From Patescibacteria group bacterium (lineage in GTDB: Bacteria; Patescibacteriota; Patescibacteriia; Buchananbacterales; UBA6539): a DNA stretch of 64,000 bases. The notes under the pieces were generated by a model. The model was given only the letters and a program-made list of their open reading frames with translations. It did no database searches and was not told the DNA's origin. The position numbers and the translations under genes are program-made. The stretch covers positions 16,338 through 80,337 of the forward strand of contig JBAZMQ010000004.1 of NCBI GenBank assembly GCA_041649675.1, given 5' to 3'. Positions 19,370 through 27,556 of the stretch are shown piece by piece. Numbering within the stretch: position 1 is the first letter of the stretch; each line of letters begins with the position of its first letter.

Positions 19370-20029
19370 ATGAATACTATTAAAAAATTAATTTTTGATT
19401 TAATTTTTCCGATTCAATGTTTGGGTTGCAAGAAAGAAGGCGAGTGGCTGTGCCAAGAATGTTTTGACCGCATAGAAATAAATCCAGCCCAGTTAAATCC
19501 AGCCCAAAAAAATCAATTATTTTCAGGAATTTGGGTAGTAACGGTCAAAGATCAGACGTTAGTTAATACAATATTGCATAATTTTAAGTACAATCTAGTC
19601 CTTGATTTGGGTGAAATTTTGGGCAGTTTAGCGATAAAATTTTTAACCAGGCTAATTTTACAGGATAAAAATTTGCATTTTGATTATATTGTGGCTGTAC
19701 CGCTATCTAAAAAAAGAAAGTTGTGGCGCGGGTTTAATCAGTCTGAAGTCATTGCGCAAAAAATCAGCCAGCAGTTTGTTTGGCCCAATAATTTTTCTTT
19801 AATTTATCGGCACTATCATAACCGGCCTCAGGTTGGATTAAATGCTTTGCAGCGGCAGGAAAATGTTAAAGGAATATTTCGGGCGGACAATAATGAATCA
19901 TTGGAAAATAAGAAAATTTTAATAATTGATGATGTTTTAACTACCGGGGCAACTTTAAATGAAAGTGCTAAAGCGCTGAAGGCAGCTGGGGTTAAAGAAA
20001 TTTGGGGTTTGGTGATAATTAGAGGTTGA
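19370..20029 (+). CDS. comF: ComF-family protein (phosphoribosyltransferase-like competence protein)
   Basis: N-terminal C..C...C..C zinc-finger-like cluster ('CLGCKKEGEWLCQEC') and PRTase motif 'ILIIDDVLTTGATL'. Confidence 0.75.
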   Translation: MNTIKKLIFDLIFPIQCLGCKKEGEWLCQECFDRIEINPAQLNPAQKNQLFSGIWVVTVKDQTLVNTILHNFKYNLVLDLGEILGSLAIKFLTRLILQDKNLHFDYIVAVPLSKKRKLWRGFNQSEVIAQKISQQFVWPNNFSLIYRHYHNRPQVGLNALQRQENVKGIFRADNNESLENKKILIIDDVLTTGATLNESAKALKAAGVKEIWGLVIIRG

Positions 20030-20075
20030 TACTCTTTACAGAAAAAAGTTTTAGTGTTACAATATCAGGGTTTTA

Positions 20076-20201
<126 letters not shown>

Positions 20202-20240
20202 CAGACCAGGTTATAGCTATAGTTTTAAAACAAAATATAT

Positions 20241-20753
20241 ATGGCTAAAGAAAATTTTGAAAAAAATGATTCCGAAGCGCCAGATTACGGCCAAATATTT
20301 TTCGCCTGGAAATTTCCGGAATTTCATCCTCACCAACGCGGTCGTGGTTGGTATATTACCGGTGGAATTGTTGCAATACTACTTCTGATTTTTTCTATTT
20401 TTACCGCCGATGTCTTGTTTGGGTTAATTATTATTTTATCAACCCTAATTATTCTCCTTTTTCAGCAAAGTAAAAATGAAGTTGAATTTAAAATTACCGA
20501 AGACGGGATATTGGTAAACAGTAAATTTTATAAGTACAAAGCCATTAAAAATTTCTATATTATTTACGAACCGCCGGAAGTAAAAACTTTATATTTTGAG
20601 CCAAATAACCTTTTTATTCCAAGAATTCCGATATATTTAGATAGCCAAAACCCAGTCAAAATTCGCGAGGTTTTAAAACAGTATTTGGATGAAGATTTAG
20701 AGCGGGAAGAAGAACCGATGTCCGATGCGATGTCGCGGACATTTAAGTTATAA
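20241..20753 (+). CDS. Hypothetical membrane protein (170 aa, two TM helices)
   Basis: ORF with two hydrophobic helices followed by a ~90-aa soluble domain. Confidence 0.55.
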   Translation: MAKENFEKNDSEAPDYGQIFFAWKFPEFHPHQRGRGWYITGGIVAILLLIFSIFTADVLFGLIIILSTLIILLFQQSKNEVEFKITEDGILVNSKFYKYKAIKNFYIIYEPPEVKTLYFEPNNLFIPRIPIYLDSQNPVKIREVLKQYLDEDLEREEEPMSDAMSRTFKL

Positions 20754-20766
20754 TGTCCCAGTAGCT

Positions 20767-20793
20767 CCCGCCTACGCCTGCGGCTTCGGCGGG
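20767..20793 (+). other. GC-rich hairpin (CCCGCC...GGCGGG) downstream of the 20241-20753 CDS; no U-tract
   Basis: Inverted repeat seen in the sequence. Confidence 0.3.
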
Positions 20794-20826
20794 CAAGTAG
20801 CTGGATACCCGACTCGCTTGACTCGT

Positions 20827-20900
20827 GTCCCTATAGCTCAGCTGGATAGAGCGCAAGCTTGCGGAGCTTGAGGCCGTAGGTTCGATTCCTACTGGGGACG
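20827..20900 (+). tRNA. tRNA-Arg with unusual anticodon GCG; CCA not encoded
   Basis: Manual cloverleaf: acceptor GTCCCTA/TGGGGAC, D-stem GCTC/GAGC, anticodon stem CAAGC/GCTTG with loop TTGCGGA, T-arm GTAGG-TTCGATT-CCTAC, discriminator G. Confidence 0.7.
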
Positions 20901-20917
20901 CGAGTCAGGTGGGCGGG

Positions 20918-20969
20918 GAGCGCAAGCTTGCGGAGCTTGAGGCCGTAGGTTCGATTCCTACTGGGGACG
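20918..20969 (+). repeat. Tandem direct duplicate of the 3' 52 nt of the tRNA-Arg gene (20849-20900), 17 bp downstream of the intact tRNA
   Basis: Exact 52-nt identity 'gagcgcaagcttgcggagcttgaggccgtaggttcgattcctactggggacg'. Confidence 0.9.
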
Positions 20970-20995
20970 CCATTGTAAAATTATTTTTAGCCAAG

Positions 20996-23059
20996 ATGAT
21001 GATTGATTTAACAACACCAGTAGCAGCGGTTAGTCGGGTTGGTAAAACTACGGCTAGCCGTTTAAAGAGATTAGGGATTGAGACCGTTTCGGATCTCATT
21101 TTTTATTACCCTTTTCGCTGGCAGGATTTTAGTCAAATTTCCGATATTTCCGAGCTGCAACCAATTGATGCGGCAACGGTTAAAGTAAAAATTCAGATAA
21201 TTAGTAATCGTCGCAGCCCGGCTAAAAGAAAAATGTTAACCGAGGCTTTGGTTGCTGACCAAACGGGGAGTATAAAAGTTATTTGGTTTAATCAGCCGTT
21301 TTTGACCAAGATTTTGCAGCCTGGAGACGAGGTTTACCTGTCGGGCAAAGTTGATTTTGATCGTTATAATTTACAATTAGTCAATCCGGTCTATGAAAAA
21401 GTTTCAGCCGATACTACCCATACGGCTAGGCTGGTACCCGTTTATTCGGTAACCAATAATTTAACCCAAAAGCAAATTCGGTTTTTAGTTAAATCGGTTT
21501 TGCCGCTTGCGACTTTAATCGCTGATTGGTTGCCGCCCGAGATTAGCCAGGAGAATAACTTAGTTAATTTGAACTTAGCTCTAAACCAAATTCATTTTCC
21601 CAAAGATAAAAAGATTTTAGATTTAGCGATAAATCGTTTAAAATTTGATGAGTTATTTTTATTTCAGTTGTCTGTTTTGGCCAGTAAATTAGATATAGCC
21701 TTAAGCCAGTCGGAAGCAATTGATTTTTTTGAGTCTCAAACTAAAAATTTCGTAGCTTCTTTGCCTTTCACTTTGACCAATGATCAAAGAAAAGTTGCTT
21801 GGCAAATAGTTTCTGATTTACAAAAAAATCAGCCAATGAATCGGCTTTTGCAAGGAGATGTTGGTTCGGGCAAAACTGTGGTGGCGGCAATTGCTATGTT
21901 TAATGTCGCTTTGAACAAAAAACAAGCGGTTTTAATGGCCCCAACCGAAATTTTAGCCAGTCAGCACTATCAAAATTTGTTAAACCTGTTTAAGGATAGC
22001 AATCTAAACATTGCTTTATTTACCAGAAGCCAAAGGCAAGTAAACGGACGAGTTGAGACCAAAAAGAAAATATTGTCTGATTTAAGCTCGGGTGATATTC
22101 AATTAGTTATTGGCACCCATGCTTTAATTCAGCAAGATGTTGAGTTTTCTAATCTAGTTTTAGCCATAGTTGATGAGCAGCATCGTTTTGGTGTTAATCA
22201 GAGAAAAATTTTAAGGCAAAATTCGGGCGATAAAAAAATAACTCCTCACTTGCTTTCAATGACCGCCACGCCAATCCCGCGCTCGTTGGCTTTAACTTTG
22301 TATGGTGATTTGGATTTATCTATAATTAGAGAGATGCCCAAATCCCGAAAAAAAATAATTACTAAAGTTGTTGATCCAAAAAATCGTAAGCAAGCCTATG
22401 AATTTGTTCGCAATCAGGTTAAAACCGGCCGGCAAGTTTTTGTTATTTGTCCGCTAATTGATTTGTCCGATAAACTAGGGGTTAAGGCCGTGACTGATGA
22501 ATTTGAAAAATTAAAGAAAGAAATCTTTCCTGACTTAAGAATAGAAATGCTGCATGGAAAATTAAAGCCAGCTGATAAGGAACGGATTATGGCTAATTTT
22601 TTGGCTAAAAAAAGCGATATTTTGGTTGCTACTTCGGTGGTTGAAGTGGGGGTTGATATACCTAACGCTTCAGTCATGGTAATTGAAGGCGCTGAAAGGT
22701 TTGGCTTAGCTCAGCTACACCAATTCCGCGGTCGGGTTGGACGATCAATTTATCAATCATACTGTTTTTTATTTACCGAAAGTCAAACGGAAAAAACCAA
22801 AGCGCGGCTAAATGCCTTGGTTACGGCCAAGGACGGATTTGAACTGGCTGAACTTGATTTGCAGTTTCGTGGACCAGGTGAGATTTATGGCACGATACAA
22901 TCGGGATTTCCCGAATTTAAAATTGCTCAGCTGATTGATTATGATATTATTATTAAAGCCAAATTAGCCGCTGAAAAAGTATTGGCCTTAGGTTTGGATA
23001 AGTATCCATTGTTAAAACAAAAAATGGAGCAGACTAATAAAGCTGTCCATTTGGAGTAG
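20996..23059 (+). CDS. recG: ATP-dependent DNA helicase RecG
   Basis: Wedge-domain region, Walker A 'GDVGSGKTVVA', 'VDEQHRFGV' and helicase C motifs. The start is taken at ATG 20996 (MMIDLTTP...). The track ORF starting at 20909 runs through the tRNA repeat and is rejected. Confidence 0.9.
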   Translation: MMIDLTTPVAAVSRVGKTTASRLKRLGIETVSDLIFYYPFRWQDFSQISDISELQPIDAATVKVKIQIISNRRSPAKRKMLTEALVADQTGSIKVIWFNQPFLTKILQPGDEVYLSGKVDFDRYNLQLVNPVYEKVSADTTHTARLVPVYSVTNNLTQKQIRFLVKSVLPLATLIADWLPPEISQENNLVNLNLALNQIHFPKDKKILDLAINRLKFDELFLFQLSVLASKLDIALSQSEAIDFFESQTKNFVASLPFTLTNDQRKVAWQIVSDLQKNQPMNRLLQGDVGSGKTVVAAIAMFNVALNKKQAVLMAPTEILASQHYQNLLNLFKDSNLNIALFTRSQRQVNGRVETKKKILSDLSSGDIQLVIGTHALIQQDVEFSNLVLAIVDEQHRFGVNQRKILRQNSGDKKITPHLLSMTATPIPRSLALTLYGDLDLSIIREMPKSRKKIITKVVDPKNRKQAYEFVRNQVKTGRQVFVICPLIDLSDKLGVKAVTDEFEKLKKEIFPDLRIEMLHGKLKPADKERIMANFLAKKSDILVATSVVEVGVDIPNASVMVIEGAERFGLAQLHQFRGRVGRSIYQSYCFLFTESQTEKTKARLNALVTAKDGFELAELDLQFRGPGEIYGTIQSGFPEFKIAQLIDYDIIIKAKLAAEKVLALGLDKYPLLKQKMEQTNKAVHLE

Positions 23060-23075
23060 TCTATAACTTATTTAG

Positions 23076-23615
23076 CTATAACGTTATACTGAATCGCCAA
23101 AGTTTATCTTTATACTCGCCGGCATAATCAACGCCAATTCGCGGTGATTTTTTTATTTGGGATGGTTTAATTTTTAGGCCGCGGTCTTCAATCCAGACTC
23201 TGACCTTATTTCCAAAAGCAGCTTGGCCGTTTAAAGTTTTATTAATTTTTAGTGCGCGGCATAATTTGCCCGGCCCGTCAGTTTTTACACCTTGGCGTTC
23301 TGGCAACAAGGTAAGTGCCCGGATCAAAACTGCAGCTGGATAATTTTTGTGTTCAGTCACAATATTAAGGCAATAGTACATGCCATAGATTAAATAAACA
23401 TACCAATAGCCTGCCTCACCAAACATAATCTCGTTTCTCGGTGTTTTGCCGCGGCTGGCATGAGAAGCTTTATCATTTAGGCCAACGTAAGCTTCGGTCT
23501 CGGTGATTATACCTATAATTTTTTTTCCGTTGATTGTGCTAACTATAAACTTACCCAGCAATTGCTGAGCCACTTGGCGGGTAGACTGGTTGTAGAAATT
23601 TTGAGGTAATCTCAT
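23076..23615 (-). CDS. mpg: DNA-3-methyladenine glycosylase (MPG/AAG family)
   Basis: Family-typical N-terminus 'LPQNFY...VAQQLLGK', 'ITETEAY' and 'GLNDKASHASRGKTPRNEIMFGEAGYWYVYLIYGMYYCLNIV'. Confidence 0.8.
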   Translation of the reverse strand: MRLPQNFYNQSTRQVAQQLLGKFIVSTINGKKIIGIITETEAYVGLNDKASHASRGKTPRNEIMFGEAGYWYVYLIYGMYYCLNIVTEHKNYPAAVLIRALTLLPERQGVKTDGPGKLCRALKINKTLNGQAAFGNKVRVWIEDRGLKIKPSQIKKSPRIGVDYAGEYKDKLWRFSITL

Positions 23616-23635
23616 TTCCGGGAATTAGGAATCAA

Positions 23636-23688
23636 GAATTAAGAATTAAGGCAAATAATCCAAATTCATGATTCTTAATTCTTAATTC
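23636..23688. terminator. 15-bp perfect inverted repeat (GAATTAAGAATTAAG...CTTAATTCTTAATTC, 23-nt loop) between the radA stop and the mpg start
   Basis: Arms at 23636-23650 and 23674-23688 are exact reverse complements. Either a terminator/attenuator or an operator; only a weak U-tract follows on the minus strand. Confidence 0.45.
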
Positions 23689-23689
23689 A

Positions 23690-25036
23690 TTATTCTAGAT
23701 ACTTTATCGCTTCGGCCAAAGTTTTAACCTGATAAATTTTTGCTTTGGTCGTTATCTTTTCTTTAGTGTAGGGGATAATCAAAGTTTTAAATCCCAGCTT
23801 TTCGGCTTCAGCAATTCTTTTGGCCATTTGATTTACCATTCTAACTTCGCCACCTAAACCCACTTCGCCAAAAGCAATGGTGTCAGGTGAGATTAATTTA
23901 TTTTTGGCCGCTGAAATTATTGCCAAACAAACGGCCAAGTCAATCGCTGGTTCGCTGACTTTTAAGCCGCCAACTAAATTTAAATAAATATCCTGATTAG
24001 CCAGTTTTAGGCCTAGTCGGCGAGATAAAGTTGCTGCTAAAAGTTGCAGCCGGTTTAAGTCAAAACCTTGGCTTTTCCTTTGGGGATAGCCAAAACTAGT
24101 AATATTAACCAAGGCTTGAACCTCCAATAAAAAGACGCGCGAACCTTCAAGAGCAGCAGTAATTATAGTACCAGCCGCCGGATTTTTATCGGTTAAAAAA
24201 ATTGCCGCGGGGTCAGTCACTTCAATCAAACCAACTCCTTGCATTTCAAAAATACCAACTTCAAAAGTTGACCCGAAACGGTTTTTAACGCTTCGTAAAA
24301 TTCTAAAAGAATGATATTGGTCACCCTCTAAATATAAAACCACATCAACTAAATGCTCCAAGGTTTTTGGTCCGGCCACTTCGCCAAATTTTGTTACGTG
24401 GCCAATTATTATAATCGTGATATTATTTTTTTTAGCAACCTCAAGGAGTTTAGTGGTGCAGATTCTGACCTGATTGATGCTGCCACCACTGCCCGGTGAT
24501 TCGTTTGAGTAGATTGTTTGGATTGAATCAATGATAGCCAGCGTTGGTTTTTGCTCTAAGATTGTGGCCACAATTGTTTCAACATTAGTTTCGCCTAAAA
24601 AGCCTAAATGGTTGGTTTTAACTTTAAGCCGGTCAATTCTAGTCTTGATTTGTTCAGCTGATTCTTCGCCGGAAACATACAAAATTTGACTGTTAATGTT
24701 TTGCAAAATTTGTAAAACCAAAGTTGATTTTCCAATTCCCGGTTCGCCGCCAAGCAAAATTAAAGAACCACTGACCATGCCACCACCCAAAACTCGGTCA
24801 AATTCGGAAATGCCGGTTTGGAGCCGTTTAAAGTTGGTAATTTTTATATTATCAAAAGAAATTATCTTTGCACCTGGCATTGTTAGCGGCGATTTTACGT
24901 TTTTGTTGGTGCTATTAGAAACCTGTGATTTTTCTAATGTTCCCCATTTGCCGCATTCAGGGCACCGACCCTGCCATTTTGGCAACTGAGCATCACAATT
25001 GGAACAAATATAGATTTCTGAAATTCCTTTAGCCAT
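23690..25036 (-). CDS. radA: DNA repair protein RadA/Sms
   Basis: N-terminal zinc finger 'CSNCDAQLPKWQGRCPECGKWG', RecA-like Walker A 'GGEPGIGKSTL' and a C-terminal Lon-protease-like domain. Confidence 0.9.
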   Translation of the reverse strand: MAKGISEIYICSNCDAQLPKWQGRCPECGKWGTLEKSQVSNSTNKNVKSPLTMPGAKIISFDNIKITNFKRLQTGISEFDRVLGGGMVSGSLILLGGEPGIGKSTLVLQILQNINSQILYVSGEESAEQIKTRIDRLKVKTNHLGFLGETNVETIVATILEQKPTLAIIDSIQTIYSNESPGSGGSINQVRICTTKLLEVAKKNNITIIIIGHVTKFGEVAGPKTLEHLVDVVLYLEGDQYHSFRILRSVKNRFGSTFEVGIFEMQGVGLIEVTDPAAIFLTDKNPAAGTIITAALEGSRVFLLEVQALVNITSFGYPQRKSQGFDLNRLQLLAATLSRRLGLKLANQDIYLNLVGGLKVSEPAIDLAVCLAIISAAKNKLISPDTIAFGEVGLGGEVRMVNQMAKRIAEAEKLGFKTLIIPYTKEKITTKAKIYQVKTLAEAIKYLE

Positions 25037-25042
25037 TACCTT

Positions 25043-26317
25043 TTATTTAAGATTAATTTTGTATAAAAGTCCATTATCTTTGTTTGTAAAGTACAGATAG
25101 CGTTCGTCTTGCGAAACAACGACACTACTGATATTTTGGCTGGTTTCCGGGATGGCAATTTTTGATTTAGACCCAGTGCGTAAATCAATTTTGTAAATAT
25201 CACAAGGTGAATTATCCAATTCAGTTCTAAAAATTCCTGCGCCTTCATTCAATTGTCGCGGGACAGCGCAATAAATTGAAGTATCATTGGCAAAACTGCA
25301 TTTATCAGCCCAAGTTTGTAGCTGTAAACTTTGTCGGTTATTGCCAATATCTTCGCCTTGAGCCGTCACAATCCAAAGACTAGGTTTGTAGTCATTCTTG
25401 CTAGAATAAACACTGTAAAGTATTTGTGAACCGCTTGGTGACCACTGGCCGATAAAACCCCGACCGTCCAAAACGGTTGATTTAAAGTTTTCATTGTTTT
25501 GGCCCAGAAAGAAAAGATTTTGCTGATCATAGCTTTTGTCTTCACGATACATTGCTACGATTTGACCATTTGGTGACCAAAGGGTGTCAACGGTTTTATC
25601 TTCATTGCCTAGATGTTCAACTTTGGTTGCTTGTGATCCGTCAATATTAGCAATGGCAATCCAGCGGTTTTCCTCATCATTACCCATGCTTTTGAAAATG
25701 AGCCGATCACTGGTAGGAGAAAAACTAAAATCTTTCCAATGCTGAGGCAGGGTAACTATTTGTTTATTGGTGGCAAAATCATAAACAATTTTGTTGCCAT
25801 CAGGATATTCTAAAATTGCTTTTTGCTTGTCCGGTGACCAAGTAATTTTTTCAACATCATAAAAAATTTGGTTGCTCAAAGGTGTGGATTTTCCATCAGC
25901 CGTTATCCGGTAGAATAAACCGGTAGTTTTATTGTAATAAATAATATCATCGCTTCTGGCTGCTAGTATTGGTTCGTAAGCTGCAGAATCGGTCAGGGCT
26001 GAAATTTTAGTCATCCCGCCATTGGCTACTTCCGAAGCCGTAGCCTTTTGAGCAATTTCTTCTGGGGGTACTGCCATCTGGTTGACGTTGGTTGTCCCGG
26101 CTTGCCCAGGCAGCGCGCCATTGGTATTGGTTTTGGTTGGAATATTAACATTGGTACCAGCCCCCGGTAGTAATCCGCCGTTAGTATTGCCGTTAGTTAC
26201 CCCGGTTTGCGAGGGGATTGTTGGCTTTAAGAAAAAATAATACAGCAGATAGCCAATTAGGAAAATGGAAGCAATAAAACCAATTAGAAGTAAGATTCTT
26301 TTCCAATTTATAGACAT
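25043..26317 (-). CDS. Membrane-anchored PD40/TolB-like beta-propeller repeat protein
   Basis: N-terminal TM, then repeated 'WSPDG/WSPNG/WSPSG' PD40-type repeats ('ITWSPDKQKAILEY', 'LWSPNGQIVAMY', 'GQWSPSGSQILYS'). Confidence 0.6.
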   Translation of the reverse strand: MSINWKRILLLIGFIASIFLIGYLLYYFFLKPTIPSQTGVTNGNTNGGLLPGAGTNVNIPTKTNTNGALPGQAGTTNVNQMAVPPEEIAQKATASEVANGGMTKISALTDSAAYEPILAARSDDIIYYNKTTGLFYRITADGKSTPLSNQIFYDVEKITWSPDKQKAILEYPDGNKIVYDFATNKQIVTLPQHWKDFSFSPTSDRLIFKSMGNDEENRWIAIANIDGSQATKVEHLGNEDKTVDTLWSPNGQIVAMYREDKSYDQQNLFFLGQNNENFKSTVLDGRGFIGQWSPSGSQILYSVYSSKNDYKPSLWIVTAQGEDIGNNRQSLQLQTWADKCSFANDTSIYCAVPRQLNEGAGIFRTELDNSPCDIYKIDLRTGSKSKIAIPETSQNISSVVVSQDERYLYFTNKDNGLLYKINLK

Positions 26318-26365
26318 AAGAGTACTATTATTTTATTTATATATAAATGCTAATTGAACGTTATT

Positions 26366-27556
26366 TTATACGCCAATGGCTTTTCCGCCAACAAATTTGA
26401 TGGCTTGCCATGAGGCGGCTGGCATATTCCAAAATATTTTTCCTAAACTGGAAACCGGATTGGCTAAAACAATTGCAATGAAACCGATTATAGCAAATAA
26501 GGCAAAAAATAATAAGAAAAGAATTATTCCGATTCCAAGACAAGCTAATATTTCAACTATTTCGGCGGCTTTTTTCGCGGTCTCTTCTGCTTTTTTCATT
26601 TGGGCATTGGCCGGCCCTTTGGCCTTAGGTAAGAATTCCTCACCAAATTTGCAAAAGAAGTTTCCCCAGGGAGTAAAATAACGGTTAATAAAATGAATGG
26701 GTAGATACCAATATGTGCCGCCAAAATAAATTATTGTTCCAATCAAATATTTCCAGGCAGCTTTTAATATTGAGCCAGTGCCTTTTTGGGAAGCACCTTC
26801 TATAATTTTATTTAGTTTCTCGGCCGGATTTCCTTTGTCGTTTGTTTTTTTGTCCTTTTCTCTTTTAGCTTTTTCTCTTTCTGGTTTTTGACTTTTTGTT
26901 AATGCTCGCTTATTTTCCTGTTCACTCTCTGATTTTTTTTCTTGATTTGGGGTTTGTTTTTCTGCCTGATTTTTTTGTTCGTTTTTTGGTGAAGTTTGTT
27001 TGTCAGAAATTTTGTCATTTTCCTGATCATTTTCTTTTTTGTCAGAGTTTTTTTCTCCTTCATTTCCGGTATTTTCGTTTGGTGCTGCTTCGGGCTTAGC
27101 TTGATTTTGATTTGATTTTTTTTCTGGCTCTTGATTTGGACTGTCGTTTTTGTTGCTACCACCAGCAATAGTTGTACCTTCTTGTCCGCCCTCTTGCTCG
27201 GCTCCGGCTTTGTGCCCTTGAGCAATATCTTCTTCTGATGGCTGGTTAATTTCTTTAGTTAAAGTAGGATTATCATCGTTTATTTTTTCATCATTTGACG
27301 GTTGTTCAGTGTTTTGTCGCTGTACCCAGGTAGGAATTCTTTGTTGCTCACTTGGTTCAGTCTCAGCTGGTTGCTGGGTGCGCTGGGCATTGATTAGTTC
27401 TCTTTTTTGCTGTTTTTCTCTTCTTAATTTTGCCTGTTCAAAATTAATAATATTGTCAGCTTGACCACGGTTAGGTCTTTGTCTGATAATTCTAATTTGA
27501 TTACCCTGAGAATTAGGGGGGAGTTTTTTGGCAGGTTCGGCCATTATTTTAATCAA
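26366..27556 (-). CDS. K/E/Q/N-rich low-complexity protein with C-terminal TM helices
   Basis: 396-aa ORF whose start overlaps the clpC-like stop (ATGA). Very long charged low-complexity region ('KKSESEQENKRALTKSQKPEREKAKREKDKK') and two C-terminal hydrophobic helices. Confidence 0.5.
   Translation of the reverse strand: MIKIMAEPAKKLPPNSQGNQIRIIRQRPNRGQADNIINFEQAKLRREKQQKRELINAQRTQQPAETEPSEQQRIPTWVQRQNTEQPSNDEKINDDNPTLTKEINQPSEEDIAQGHKAGAEQEGGQEGTTIAGGSNKNDSPNQEPEKKSNQNQAKPEAAPNENTGNEGEKNSDKKENDQENDKISDKQTSPKNEQKNQAEKQTPNQEKKSESEQENKRALTKSQKPEREKAKREKDKKTNDKGNPAEKLNKIIEGASQKGTGSILKAAWKYLIGTIIYFGGTYWYLPIHFINRYFTPWGNFFCKFGEEFLPKAKGPANAQMKKAEETAKKAAEIVEILACLGIGIILFLLFFALFAIIGFIAIVLANPVSSLGKIFWNMPAASWQAIKFVGGKAIGV

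Noticed and set aside
20909-20995. N-terminal extension of the recG ORF as given in the track (start 20909, 'MGGERKLAELEAVGSIPTGD')
   Set aside because: That stretch is the duplicated tRNA-Arg 3' half read in frame. The genuine RecG start is the ATG at 20996 (MMIDLTTP...), which aligns with RecG N-termini.
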